A DNA stretch of 64,000 bases. Origin: the human T2T-CHM13v2.0 reference genome, Homo sapiens. Below the pieces are notes generated by a model. It had not been told where the DNA came from. It worked only from the letters and a program-made list of their open reading frames with translations, and searched no databases. The number at the start of each line of letters is the position of its first letter. The first letter of the stretch is position 1. A program made the position numbers and the translations under genes. The DNA is taken from assembly GCF_009914755.1 (NCBI RefSeq), contig NC_060926.1. The stretch is one strand, 5' to 3'. Below, one piece after another: positions 1 through 22,619 of the stretch.

Positions 1-162
1 TGTTGGATGGCTCAATCTATCAATGAATAAACTCAGGCATCTATTCTTTCCTGGCTTAACTGTGTTCTAAGTAATTAAGGCAACCTGATAAATGACCTCA
101 AGAAAAGTACCATTTACCATTATTCAACAGGCCAATGCAAGAAATGAAAACATCTTTGACTA

Positions 163-472
<310 letters not shown>

Positions 473-1558
473 TGACAACTTTTTTAAGCTAACTATAATT
501 AAAGCAGTATCTCCTTGCACATGCTGGCAGGCAATATTGGAGAAAGTCACAAGATTCTATATATTGAATCCATTTCAAATTCATGATAATTACCACACCT
601 TTATTTCACTGTTGCCGTAGGAACATTACCGAATGTCTAGTAAGAAAAAATTATTGCTATGACAATAAGCACATTTCTCATAATAAATATTTCCTGTCAT
701 ATAAATTAATCATGACTTTGAATCCTTGACGCTTCCTTATTGTCTGTTACCCATTTTAAAGCCCTTTGCTGAATCTTAAGTCTAGATTAACCCCCACACT
801 CGGTTTCTCTTCTCCCATCTACTGCCAAGCAATACTGAAGAAAGTCAGAAAATTCTGTAAATTAAGACCCTTTCAAATTCACATATCTATTTCACTGTTG
901 CTACCTAAGAAACATGTATCCAAGTTCCTTATTCATTAAACTGATAGCTCAATCCAGTTCCCTGACAGTTCATCATATCTTTTCTATTCTCCATAAAGCT
1001 CAATCCTACCTGCAATCCCTCAATTTCCACTTTACTCAGCTTTTGTCCTCTCACCTGGTAATTATCTGCTTTAAGTTTGTCTTTCATCTTTGATTCCTAA
1101 AGTACACTTTTTCCTTTAAAGGCTAACTCCTTGCCTGTGCCTTGATCTTCTTGGGCCGTAGTGCTTCAATAATTTCCTCATTTGCATCTTCTATCTTACC
1201 CTACCTCTACTCCCATGGCTCCTTGCCCTCTGCCTGCCTTTTCTCAGATGTCATCTTCCCTTTTCAAAAAAAATACTTCAAACATATTTAAATTTGCTGG
1301 GAATAATGAACACCCAACTACCCATACTCAGAGTTAACAAAACATCTAGTCATCTGTGCTTTACATATTTTTTAAGATCTAAAATGTAAAAAATCAGTGT
1401 GGTATATGGAAACTTGAAATAAATAAATGTAAAAAATGCAGTTGATAACCTCCTTTATATCCCCATCCCATTCACTTACTCCTCAGAAGATTTTCAAGTT
1501 GACACAGTCTTACTATTCATGCCTTTTAAACTATGATTATGTTAACATGAGACCATAA

Positions 1559-2070
<512 letters not shown>

Positions 2071-2321
2071 TAAATTTTGCAACAGTGAATCTTGTTGTCA
2101 TGTCACCTTGTTCACTGTGTTTCCTTCAAGTATATATCCAAGAGTGGAAGTGCTTAGTCTCAGGTTATAGGCATTTCCCATGTAGATATGGCCAGATTGC
2201 TCTTTAAAGTGATTTACCAGTTACAAATTCACCAGCAATATCTACAAGTTTCCATTTGTAGATAATAAATTCAATCAATACTTATTTTGCATGTATTGCA
2301 GGGTAAGATTAGCTAGGGGTT

Positions 2322-3163
<842 letters not shown>

Positions 3164-4355
3164 TCACAATCTGCCTTTCTAGCCTCCCTTATTTGTCTAC
3201 CAATACTGTAAATAAAAAGGACTACTATCATTCCATCAACACGCCTGCCATTACTCTTCTTATCTTGCTATGCTATCTACTCAGAAGGTCCTCCCTTCAC
3301 ATCTTCACTGACCAAATATAATCAGCACCCATTCCCTATGTATTCCCAGTCTCGTCAACTTGTGGGAACTCTCCCCTGAATCTCACAGCAATGTCTGTTC
3401 TCTCCTACAGAACCCGCTACAATCAGCCTGGTATACAGGATGCAGAACACATAGTAGATATTTATACTACTGTTTTTGAAGTATAGTTATTTGGGTGTCT
3501 GCTTTACCCCTAGCTAATCTTACACTACAATACAGGCAAAATAAGTATTGATTTAATTCGTTAAACAAGTACTACAGAGCTAAACGTATGGCTTATGTGG
3601 GAAAAAAAAAAGACAAAATCCATCATTTTCCTCTACCTGTACTCTTTTACAATGATTATGATGGCATTCATATGAGTAGGTACATAAAATACTTGCGGTT
3701 TCCTGGGTTTTGTGGAGAATTTTAAAAATATTTTTTCAATCAATCTACTTCAAAGTTTGCTTTGTTTTCAAGTTTCTTGTGAAAAAAATAAAATGTGTAA
3801 GAATAATGTTATGATCTAAATACTGAGAAGTAAATCCTCTTTGATGGGGCATACATCTCTGACAACTCCTTGTGCCAGAGAAGAAAACTGTGAGGGAAAA
3901 CATGATACTTACCAGATTATATCAGACCTATTCAAAGGTGCAATGTCAAAATTGACTACATCCAAGCTAGGCATTTAATCCAAAGTGAAGACAATTAGCA
4001 AGTGAAGACATGTGTAAAAGGGCATCACTAAAAATACCTTTTGTCTTATGAAAAGCTCTTCCTCAGGAATGGTGGCTCTGAAGATACTTCATTTAATATT
4101 CAGAGCTTACACTGAAGGTAATATACCTAACTAATTTCCTTCCCTAGTTGCAATGATTATTTTTCAGGCTCAGGTACATTTTAAAACTAGTCCAGACAGT
4201 AACAAAACTACTTTTCTTTCCTCCCTTCAATGTTACAGACCATTATCATTAAAATTGGTCCCAAAATATGGGGGGAGGGAGTAACTTAGAGGAGAATGGG
4301 GAGGGGAAAAGGAAGAGAAGGGGAAAGGGGACAAAAATCAAATTAAGTACGTTAC

Positions 4356-4463
4356 TGTGAACTTCTTCATCCAGTGCCTTAACTTTTCCTTTCTTCTTAA
4401 TAAGCTGGATTTTGCAGGCATTGGCTTCCCAATCTTTATCATTGCCTCCATCAAATCCCACAC
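4356..4463 (-). CDS. GFPT1: GFPT1 exon 3 (108 nt, phase 1-1)
   Basis: ggtttag|GT GTG GGA TTT...GAA GTT CAC A|gtaacg; translates (G)[35 protein letters not shown]. Contained in ORF 4249..4533. Confidence 0.97.
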
Positions 4464-4559
4464 CTAAACCATCATGAGGTAAAAAAGCAAAATTTAGAAA
4501 CTGGCTACTGATAAAATTATTAATGTGAGGCAAAATTTTTAATTAAAAAATACATTCTC

Positions 4560-7014
<2,455 letters not shown>

Positions 7015-7145
7015 TTAGCATCTTAGGAAGAGAATAAGATGTGCTGTCAAGGAAGCTAAGGAAGGAGAGAATTTTAAAAACAAAGGAGTTGAGGAACTGA
7101 CTTTCCATTACTAAGGAAAGTCAAGGAAGACAAATGTCCATTCCA

Positions 7146-7613
7146 TGTGGCAATGTTAAGTGTACAAAAAAGAGTTAACACAGCAGGTGTGAAACTGCTA
7201 TCCTCAGAAAGGCCTGTTTTCAAGGTTGGCCCTTCACTGGTGTCTAGAAACTTGGTTTTTGGAAGGATTCCTACCACCCTAACCAAAAGTGTCTCACTAC
7301 ACAAACTGTGCAAACAAAGTGGTTTATGCTGAACATCTGCTCTTATTTTGGGAGTCTAGAATTTTGGTACATGCTGGGCAGAGGGTGCCTATGTGACCAA
7401 CCCCCAATGAAAACCTTAGGCACTGATCCACTGGTGAGCAGCTTGTGCCTAGCTTTCTCAAGACTTCAATTCCTGCACCTTCTCCCTTTGCTGATTGTGC
7501 TTTGTATTCTTTTGTTATAATGAAACATAGCCATGAGTACAACCAAATGCTGAGTTCTGTGAGTCCTCCTAGGGAATCGTCAAATCTGAGGATGGTCTTA
7601 GGAACCTCTGACA
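7146..7613. mobile_element. MER21-family LTR (internally deleted)
   Basis: End ...gagtcctcctagggaatcgtcaaatctgaggatggtcttaggaacctctgaca and internal aagagttaacacagcagg...aaggttggccctt match MER21 as recalled. Confidence 0.75.
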
Positions 7614-7693
7614 TAGTTGAGGGAAGGAGCTAGGGTAGAACATAAAGTTGCCAGAAAGTTATGTTTATGTGTAATTTATTTAAGATAGAAGAG

Positions 7694-7995
7694 GCTGGAA
7701 TCAGTGGCTTGCCTGTAATCCCAGCACTTTGAAAGGCCAAGGCAGGAGGATCACTTGAGGCCAGGAGTTTGAGACCAGCCCAGGCAACATAGTGAGACTC
7801 TCGTGTCTACAAAAACTTTTTAAAAATTAGCTGGGCATGGTGGCACACAGCTATAGTCCTAGCTACTGAGGAGGCTACGGAGGGAGGATTGCCTGAGCCC
7901 AGAGTTCGAGACTGCAGTGAGCTATGACCGCACCACTACACTCCAGCTGGGGTGACAGAGTGAGACCCTATCTCAAAAATAAATAATAAAAATAA
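7694..7995 (+). mobile_element. AluJ-type
   Basis: ggaggatcacttgaggccaggagttt and ggattgcctgagccc are J diagnostics. Confidence 0.88.
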
Positions 7996-8361
7996 GAAAA
8001 AAGAATCTGAGGCAAGTTTATGTGTCAAAGCATGAAATCAATGGATAAAAATTAAAGTTATAGGAAAGAAAAAAGAATTTAGAGTAAGACCTTCACGAAT
8101 TTTGTTTTACCACAATAATCCCCCATATGATGTTTTTACAATAATATTCTTAAGAGATCATCATAAGCAATACTCCACATAAATGGTAACACTGTTGAGA
8201 TTACATAAATAAATCCTTTAAATATGATAAAAGACAAAAATTCTTCCAATTTACACTTACTCAAAACAAAACAGACTTTAATAGTCTAGTCTCCTAATAA
8301 CAATAAAAATAGTATCTATTTAAAGAATCATGCAAAATCCATAGTATTTTTTTTAAAGTAC

Positions 8362-8469
8362 CAGCAGAATCATATCCTCTGTACTCCAGTCTCTGAAGGC
8401 CTTTGATTAGGGTCTCCAGGATTTCTCGTCTCGTTCGAGGAACATGGTAGTTTAAGTAAGCAAATATAC
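8362..8469 (-). CDS. GFPT1: GFPT1 exon 2 (108 nt, phase 1-1)
   Basis: tttgcag|GT ATA TTT GCT...GAT TCT GCT G|gtactt; translates (G)[35 protein letters not shown](G). [10 protein letters not shown] is the GlmS/GFAT glutaminase-domain signature. Confidence 0.98.
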
Positions 8470-8523
8470 CTGCAAATAAACAAATATTTAATGAAAAATT
8501 CTGATTTAAAAAATCAAAATTAG

Positions 8524-8968
<445 letters not shown>

Positions 8969-10585
8969 AAAGAAGCTTATAAAGCTGGCTACTTATTTTC
9001 CATGACTGCCATTTTTGTCAAGTGAAATTTAATTTTTTTAAAAACCAATTAACAAATTCATGGTTTATGTCCTATATACAGAGCATTTCGTTTCAAGAAA
9101 AAAATTTCTAAAGTAATTTAAGCAACATATATAGGCCCTAAAATCTGTACCAATGAGATTAATTTTGCTTATTTCCAATAACCATGCTATCAGTGACATT
9201 TAGGAATAAATGATATGAAAAATACTCACCCCTTAAATAATTACGTAAAATAGTAAAAACTGACCAAATATATAACTATCTTAAAAGATAATTGCTTGAA
9301 TTACTTGTTCATCACATTAGCAAATGACAACCACATAACAACCCTTGAAAATTCACAGAAAAAGAGCAATCATTTGGAAAAACAAAACTAGAAATCAAAG
9401 CAGTAATACAATGTGAACTGAACGGGATAAGCAAAGAAGTAACAAAACACAGGTAAAGGAAATCCACACTTTTAGGAATGGCAGCATGGGCATTATCTGA
9501 GGTTTTCCATGGCTGTGCTTTGGCCAGAGTGGACACAGCTTTAATGTATCAAAACTGAAGACTAAATTATATAAAATATACAAAAATACAAGTTCAAGCT
9601 GCTTATTTTAAAACTTCCTTTTTTCTTAACTACATTTCACTGTAATTCTGATTCATAAGAAGTTTAAATTAATTCTGTGAGATAGAACTCCCAAAAAACT
9701 AGTCTTCATTTCCATCTGAAAAGAGACATTTACTTCTATAGAGTGTGATCCTACTGAAATATTTCAGTATACAAAAATGGCACATTGTTGATACCCAACA
9801 GGAAAGCCATAACATACATGCTGATCACCATGATCAATACATTGCAATTTTCTCAAACAAATTATTATGCCCTAAAAAAGAGAAACTCACACATTAAAAT
9901 CCAAAATAACCTGAAACAACGGTTTCAACTCTCCCCAAAGAAGCAGTTCCAGGCCAAAGACTTACAGAAATCCCATATTTCATTCAGATTAAAAAAAGAT
10001 ACACACACACCTTACATTTTTATTTTTTTAAGCTTTCCTGTAATGTACAGTCATCTTACTTTCACAGCACCACCACCCTGTAAGGGAGGGTAGAACATCT
10101 ATCTTACATAATTCAAAAATAGAAATTGAGTTAACTGATATCCCAGAGATACCCACAAATAGCATTCCCAACCTCAAAGCACAGCAATTAAGATAAGGAT
10201 AAACAACATGCTGCTTAAGGATATTGCTAAGGTAAGAGTGGTAGCGGCACAGCAATGTGCAGCTTCCAACTTTCAATGGCTACTCATGATATAAACACTA
10301 GAGGGCAGTAGAAGAGTCTCCAGACCAATCTGCACCCATTTAATTCAGAAGAATGAGTCCGGGGTTTTTGTTGTTACTGCTGTTCCTTCATGAAGTATCT
10401 GTAATATGAATAAACGAATAACCCAATTGTAAATCAAACTTTGCACTCTTCACCTATGGGTCACTGATCTTTGAGAAAGATTAAACACCTACAGATAACT
10501 ATCAATTAAGTATTTTAACCAGGTCATTAAAAGACAATACACAGCACACAAATCTTTTCTAAAACAATACTTTAATACAAATGTG

Positions 10586-12665
<2,080 letters not shown>

Positions 12666-13325
12666 TAAACTCCCAATAAACAGTTCTTAAGTAAGGTAAT
12701 GACAAAAGCCTAATATCAACTTTCCGCCACTCTTCAGTAATTGCTCTAAGAGCACACACAGTAGCTGTATAAGCATAGAATCTCTACCCCCAAATCAGCA
12801 TGCACTTCACAAGTGTAAGCTTTCTTACTAATGGAATATACTTGGAATAAAATAACTCCATAACTGAAGCAGATGCTTGAACCTACAGGCATCATTCTCA
12901 ATAAATGGCAACTTAAATTCAATGACAAAAAAGCAATTATGAGCACCTTGCTAACAAAATTTCAGAAGCAATCTGGATCACAGACTAGACACACCTGGTT
13001 GAAAGCAATGTAGCTGCAAATACAGACTGTTAAACCTTACTGAAAAGAAAACTGACTCGTCAAATTATTAAAATTCCTATGTCTGGTTGCATTTATGTCC
13101 TTATGAATACTAAATTTTATTTTTATATATTTTATCATTTGACAGCTGCAATATTTTGGGACCCTAAACATTGTAACTTATCAGTGATAAGTGTTCAAAT
13201 TCATTCTCTAAACTTAAAACTTCTGAATCAAAATCTACCTACAATGTCACTTAAACTCTAAATTTTATTTTTCTTATAATGCTAGTCACAAATTAATTCA
13301 TCACCATCATTAAAAATTCAAAGTA

Positions 13326-16538
<3,213 letters not shown>

Positions 16539-17964
16539 TGATGAGTGTTTCTCCAACTTTGTAAATACAGAACTCTTTTGTTAACATCAAAATATTCTGA
16601 GGCTCCTTCACAACAATGGGTTAAATTTTTATTATTCAATGATCTAGAACAATCTTTATTCAACTTACAGACAAAGTTATAAGCATATGAATAAGCAATG
16701 AACACCCTGTAACAACTTCAGGGCTTGTAGGTCAGGAACCACAGCTCTAGAATTCAACTTCTCAACACTCCCAGGGGACCTCAATCCCAAAATCCTCTTC
16801 TTTTTCATATTACTTGCAGCCCTCCTCCTAAACACAAACTGAGACCCTTCTGCCTTGACATATGCAATTTCTCTAATAATTTCTTCATAACCATATCCAA
16901 TTAACTTCTCTGCAGTATTACATATGAATGACCTTTTTCTACTTTTATAGACTCTGTTCAAGGCAATATACTACTTTGGAACTCTTCTGCCTTTAACCAC
17001 TGTTCCTTGGTCTGTTTTCCTGGCACTTCTATTTCCTCCTTCATCTGGTAGTAGTTCTCAAACTATTTCCGCCTCCATTCACTGACGGTTAACATATGCC
17101 ATTAATGATTACCTCTCACAGTATACTAATACTCTACAAGTTGAGTAAAAGTCCTGCCCCATCACCCAGAACATTCCTGAACCTAACACAGATACCCAAA
17201 CCCCAGAGCTCTCCAGTCTCTAAATTTCTACTCATTCTACTTGTGGTCTATGACATGGCAATGAACAAGGACTGTGTATTTTCACCTGAAGCTGTTGCAT
17301 GTGCATTCATTTTCTTTCCTCTGATCAGGCAGCAATTTCTTGAAGGCAACTCTCTTATTTTAGTCATCTCTGCAAAGGGCAGAGTGCCAAGTATAAAGCC
17401 ATCATTTCAAATACCTGCAAGTATCTTCTAACACTTTCTAGGCACCTGAAATATACGGTCAAAAAATTCTCAAACCACAGAAACAGAACACTATTTCACC
17501 GGATGCTAAAAAGGAATGAAGTAAAGAAAGGTTTCATAATTAAAGGTTTAAGAACTACCTGGTTAAAGTTAGGTATATATTTAGAACTTTCTGGAACCTT
17601 TAATCTTGCTAATTGTGAATCTCCAAGAGCAGAATTTCCCAAACTTGTGTTACAAAACCCTTTCCCGCCTTCTACTGCTCATTACCAGAACCTATTAACC
17701 TCCATTTCCAGGGGACAATTGAAGAAATGCTTATTAAGCAATTATTTTCTCTCACAACTTCTTCATATCCAGTATATGTAAGGATATGTTAATAGTACTG
17801 GTTTTATGACCAATCCTAGCAGCCAATCTCAGCATCCCTCAATTATCTCCAAAGCCATTAGACAGTATAATTACAAAAAACTTTTGAAAAATTCATTTTA
17901 GGATACTTTAAAATTGCAAGTTCCTTTACTGCTTTTAAAAAGGATCTCATTTGCAAACATTCCA

Positions 17965-19886
<1,922 letters not shown>

Positions 19887-20640
19887 GCTGATTTATTTAT
19901 TTTTTTTTTTTCAGTAAGTACTTTGACTACGTTTTTTTCTTGGAACATGATGAAATGACCTGCAACCAGAATGTTGAGTACTTGATGAGGCACACCCCTC
20001 ATCATTCAGGAACAGTTAACTACCAAATGAAGCACACTGGAGATTGACCAGTTTGCAAATTCACTACTTCACAGCTCCAAACTAAATGCAAAACCATTCT
20101 ACTAAGTAGACACTGCAAAAGTCTGATTCTGAAGTCAGCTCTACTCTAATAATTTCAGTAAGCTATTTATAGGTGTTTCTGTTTTTATGTGGGTTTTTTT
20201 TTAATCTACTCTAAATTTAAACCTGCTCCTCATTTTCAGAAGCTGAAATGAGCATAAAGTTAAATACAGGAAATATATACACTAACGAGTACAATCCACC
20301 TCCTGTTCAGTTCCTTCGTGTAAAAGGCTGCAAATAAGAAGTCTCCCAGAGAGTTTTCAATTCTCTTACAATGGTACTTCCCTTTAAAAAAAAAAAAAAA
20401 AAGTGTACTTTCTTCCAGGGATAAAGTCGGTTGTAAATTTCAATAAGAAAGGTAAGAATACAATTATTTTTACTGGCAATAGCCAAATTAACACCAATTT
20501 TAGAAGATATCAGTCATGTCAGACACGATTCTCAAAGTCTCTTTCACTAACACTTAGGTCATAATAAACGACTCTCAAAACATGGAATAAAAGGGCCTAA
20601 CCTTAATTTTTTAAGGCTCTAGGAAAGATATTTGCTCAAC

Positions 20641-20793
20641 TTTTCATAGCTAGTATTTTTAATGGATGCACATGCAAGGGATAAATGATATTTTTCATAG
20701 TTGGTATTCTAAAGGGGTATACATCCAAGGTATAACTGATATTTTTCAGAGCTGGCATTTTTAATGGGTGCACACGCAAATGATAAATTATGT
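20641..20793. repeat. Diverged tandem repeat, 3 x 51 bp
   Basis: Units start at 20641, 20692 and 20743 (ttttcatagc.../ttttcatagt.../ttttcagagc...). Identity to copy 1 is 40/51 and 42/51, with no gaps. Confidence 0.9.
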
Positions 20794-21422
20794 ATAACCT
20801 ATCGCCACAGACATTTGAAGGCCTCTTCCACCAGAGGATCAGGTCTAAGCCCATGAACCAAGTTATTGATTAGCAATGGTTTCTGTTGAGACAAGGGATG
20901 GCAGGAAGTATCACGTTTAATGGCACTACCGTGGCTCTAGCTAGGGTCTGTTTTCTATTGGGCCTCCCCAGAAACAAGTAAAATATTTTTTTAAAGATTT
21001 TTAGAAAAATGCAAGGTAAGTTCAAGAGACCTCGCCCGAGGTTCCACAGGTTTCCTCACTCACCTGGTGGGCCCTTTTGAAGGCAACCCCCTCCACACCT
21101 CAATTCCCTCAGCTCTCTCCTCCTTTTTCAATAAAGGCGTTTCTCTCCCCTCTCGGTTCCTTCTCCGCGCCAAGGCGCCCGCTGGCCCCCGGCAAAGGGG
21201 GCCCGCCTTCCTCTCAGGTGCCTTTCTCCCGGCCGCCACCCCCTCTCCCGCCCGTGGATGCCGGCCCCCGCCCCCGCAGCCACCACTGGGCGCCCCTTGC
21301 CCATCACCCAGACTTCGCACCCTCCACACTCCCGCTTCCGCCCGTCGCCTTGGGCCTTAGCGGCACCCGCACCGCACCCCAGCGCCGCCCGGCAACACGC
21401 CCCCCGCTCCCGGCCCCCTTAC

Positions 21423-21429
21423 CACACAT
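21423..21429 (-). CDS. GFPT1: GFPT1 exon 1 coding part (ATG TGT G; Met-Cys and the first base of Gly)
   Basis: Minus strand reads ggcatc ATG TGT G|gtaagg inside a CpG island. It splices in frame to exon 2 to give [10 protein letters not shown], the Ntn-amidotransferase N-terminus with the catalytic Cys. Confidence 0.97.
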
Positions 21430-21600
21430 GATGCCGGAGACACGGCCCGCGAGGCCAGGGGCGAGTGGCTGGCGGGATCGGGGGTGCACACACGAGCTTC
21501 GGTGGGCAATCTGCGGGCTCGGGGGCCGGGGTGGCGCCGACACGACTCCCTCGGGGATGCGACGGCCAAGGCAACGACAGCCTTCTCCGCCTCCCGGGCT
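21430..21600 (-). other. GFPT1: GFPT1 5' UTR (non-coding part of exon 1); TSS approximate
   Basis: GC-rich, ATG-free stretch immediately upstream of the start codon and downstream of GC boxes. The upstream edge is an estimate. Confidence 0.65.
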
Positions 21601-21758
21601 CCGCCAGCAACCGCCGCCGGGCCCCGCCCCTCGGCGCGCAGCGCGCCGCCGCCCGTAGGCTCCATTGAACCGCTCACGCGCCGCTCACGCGCAAGTCCCG
21701 CCTCCCAGCGCTGCCCCGCCCCCCGAGCCCACGCAGGCGCTGGACTGCTGGCGGCGGC

Positions 21759-21766
21759 GACGTGGC
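21759..21766. promoter_or_regulatory. UPRE-like XBP1s/ATF6 element GACGTGGC
   Basis: GACGTGG core in the proximal promoter; GFPT1 is an established XBP1s target. That this is the functional site is inferred. Confidence 0.65.
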
Positions 21767-22553
21767 AGTGGCTCGTGGCCGCGTCCGCCTGGAGTTCCTG
21801 GAGACGCCCGCCCCGGGGCGAGCCGCGGGAGGGACCGAGCCGAGAGGGAGGGAGAAACTCAGCACCTGGCAGGGAATGACGGAAAGAGAAGGATGGAATT
21901 GTTAGCAAAGCAATAGCCCGGGTGCGTGCCCCGTGCAGCCCCAGGCCCCAGGCGCCAGCACTGCACGAAGCGAGGAAAGAGGAGGAAAAAAGCAGGAAGT
22001 ATGAAAAGGGAATCCTGGGGAACATAAGGCTGAAAAAAATTGCAAAGAATTAGGTTGAGGTGGGAGGAGAGAGATAACAAAATTCTTGACTGTAAAGCCC
22101 CAAAGGTCAGCCTCTCTGGTAATAAGCAATTCAATTCCTTGTGTAATATGCTTGGCCCCTAAAAGCCCTCCGCATCCGTTGCCTCCATAACCCTCAGTTT
22201 ATTGTGGAGGGGTAGAGGAGGAATGTAAGGCTCAACTATCCGACTATGAGCCTGGACGTAAGAAACTGCTGGCCCACCTCCTCCCATGACCCACCTGAGA
22301 CGGCTAGGAATTCCCTAGCTTTAACAGCCGCGCGTTTGACTTACGAACGATTCATTCTATGAATTAATGCGCCATGTCTGACAAGAGAGACTTGATTAGA
22401 GAGGGATGATGTTTCTGAGAATTTATTACCTGGGCATTTGCTTTAAACAGCCTTAAATGGTATCTTTAGTCAAATGTGGAGTAATCAGAACTCTATAATG
22501 GCTCTAGAGTAGAGTAGTATTAAAAACGTACATGGCACACAGAATTCCTGGAG

Positions 22554-22619
22554 TGCTGACTGCTGTTCATGTGTCTGGTCTTAGCCTGCTGACTGCTGTT
22601 CATGTGTCTGGTCTTAGCC
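22554..22619. repeat. Perfect 2 x 33-bp tandem duplication
   Basis: tgctgactgctgttcatgtgtctggtcttagcc repeated exactly (22554-22586, 22587-22619). Confidence 0.97.

Larger units (their letters stand above)
21030..21980. promoter_or_regulatory. GFPT1: CpG island / TATA-less GFPT1 promoter
   Basis: Abrupt switch to very high GC with dense CpG. Sp1/KLF GC boxes (GGGGCGGGGC on minus) at 21621-21630 and 21713-21722. The island spans exon 1. Confidence 0.93.

Noticed and set aside
21013-21021. Perfect + strand donor AAG|GTAAGT near the CpG island
   Set aside because: No supporting upstream exon or promoter visible on the + strand; a single 9-mer is expected by chance.
21060-22025. Long overlapping Pro/Arg/Gly-rich ORFs (up to 222 aa) on both strands
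   Set aside because: Expected stop-codon depletion in a CpG island; most start at non-ATG codons and resemble no known protein.
20641-22619. 51-bp and 33-bp repeats as CRISPR-like arrays
   Set aside because: Contiguous tandem units with no spacers, in a mammalian genome with no cas genes.
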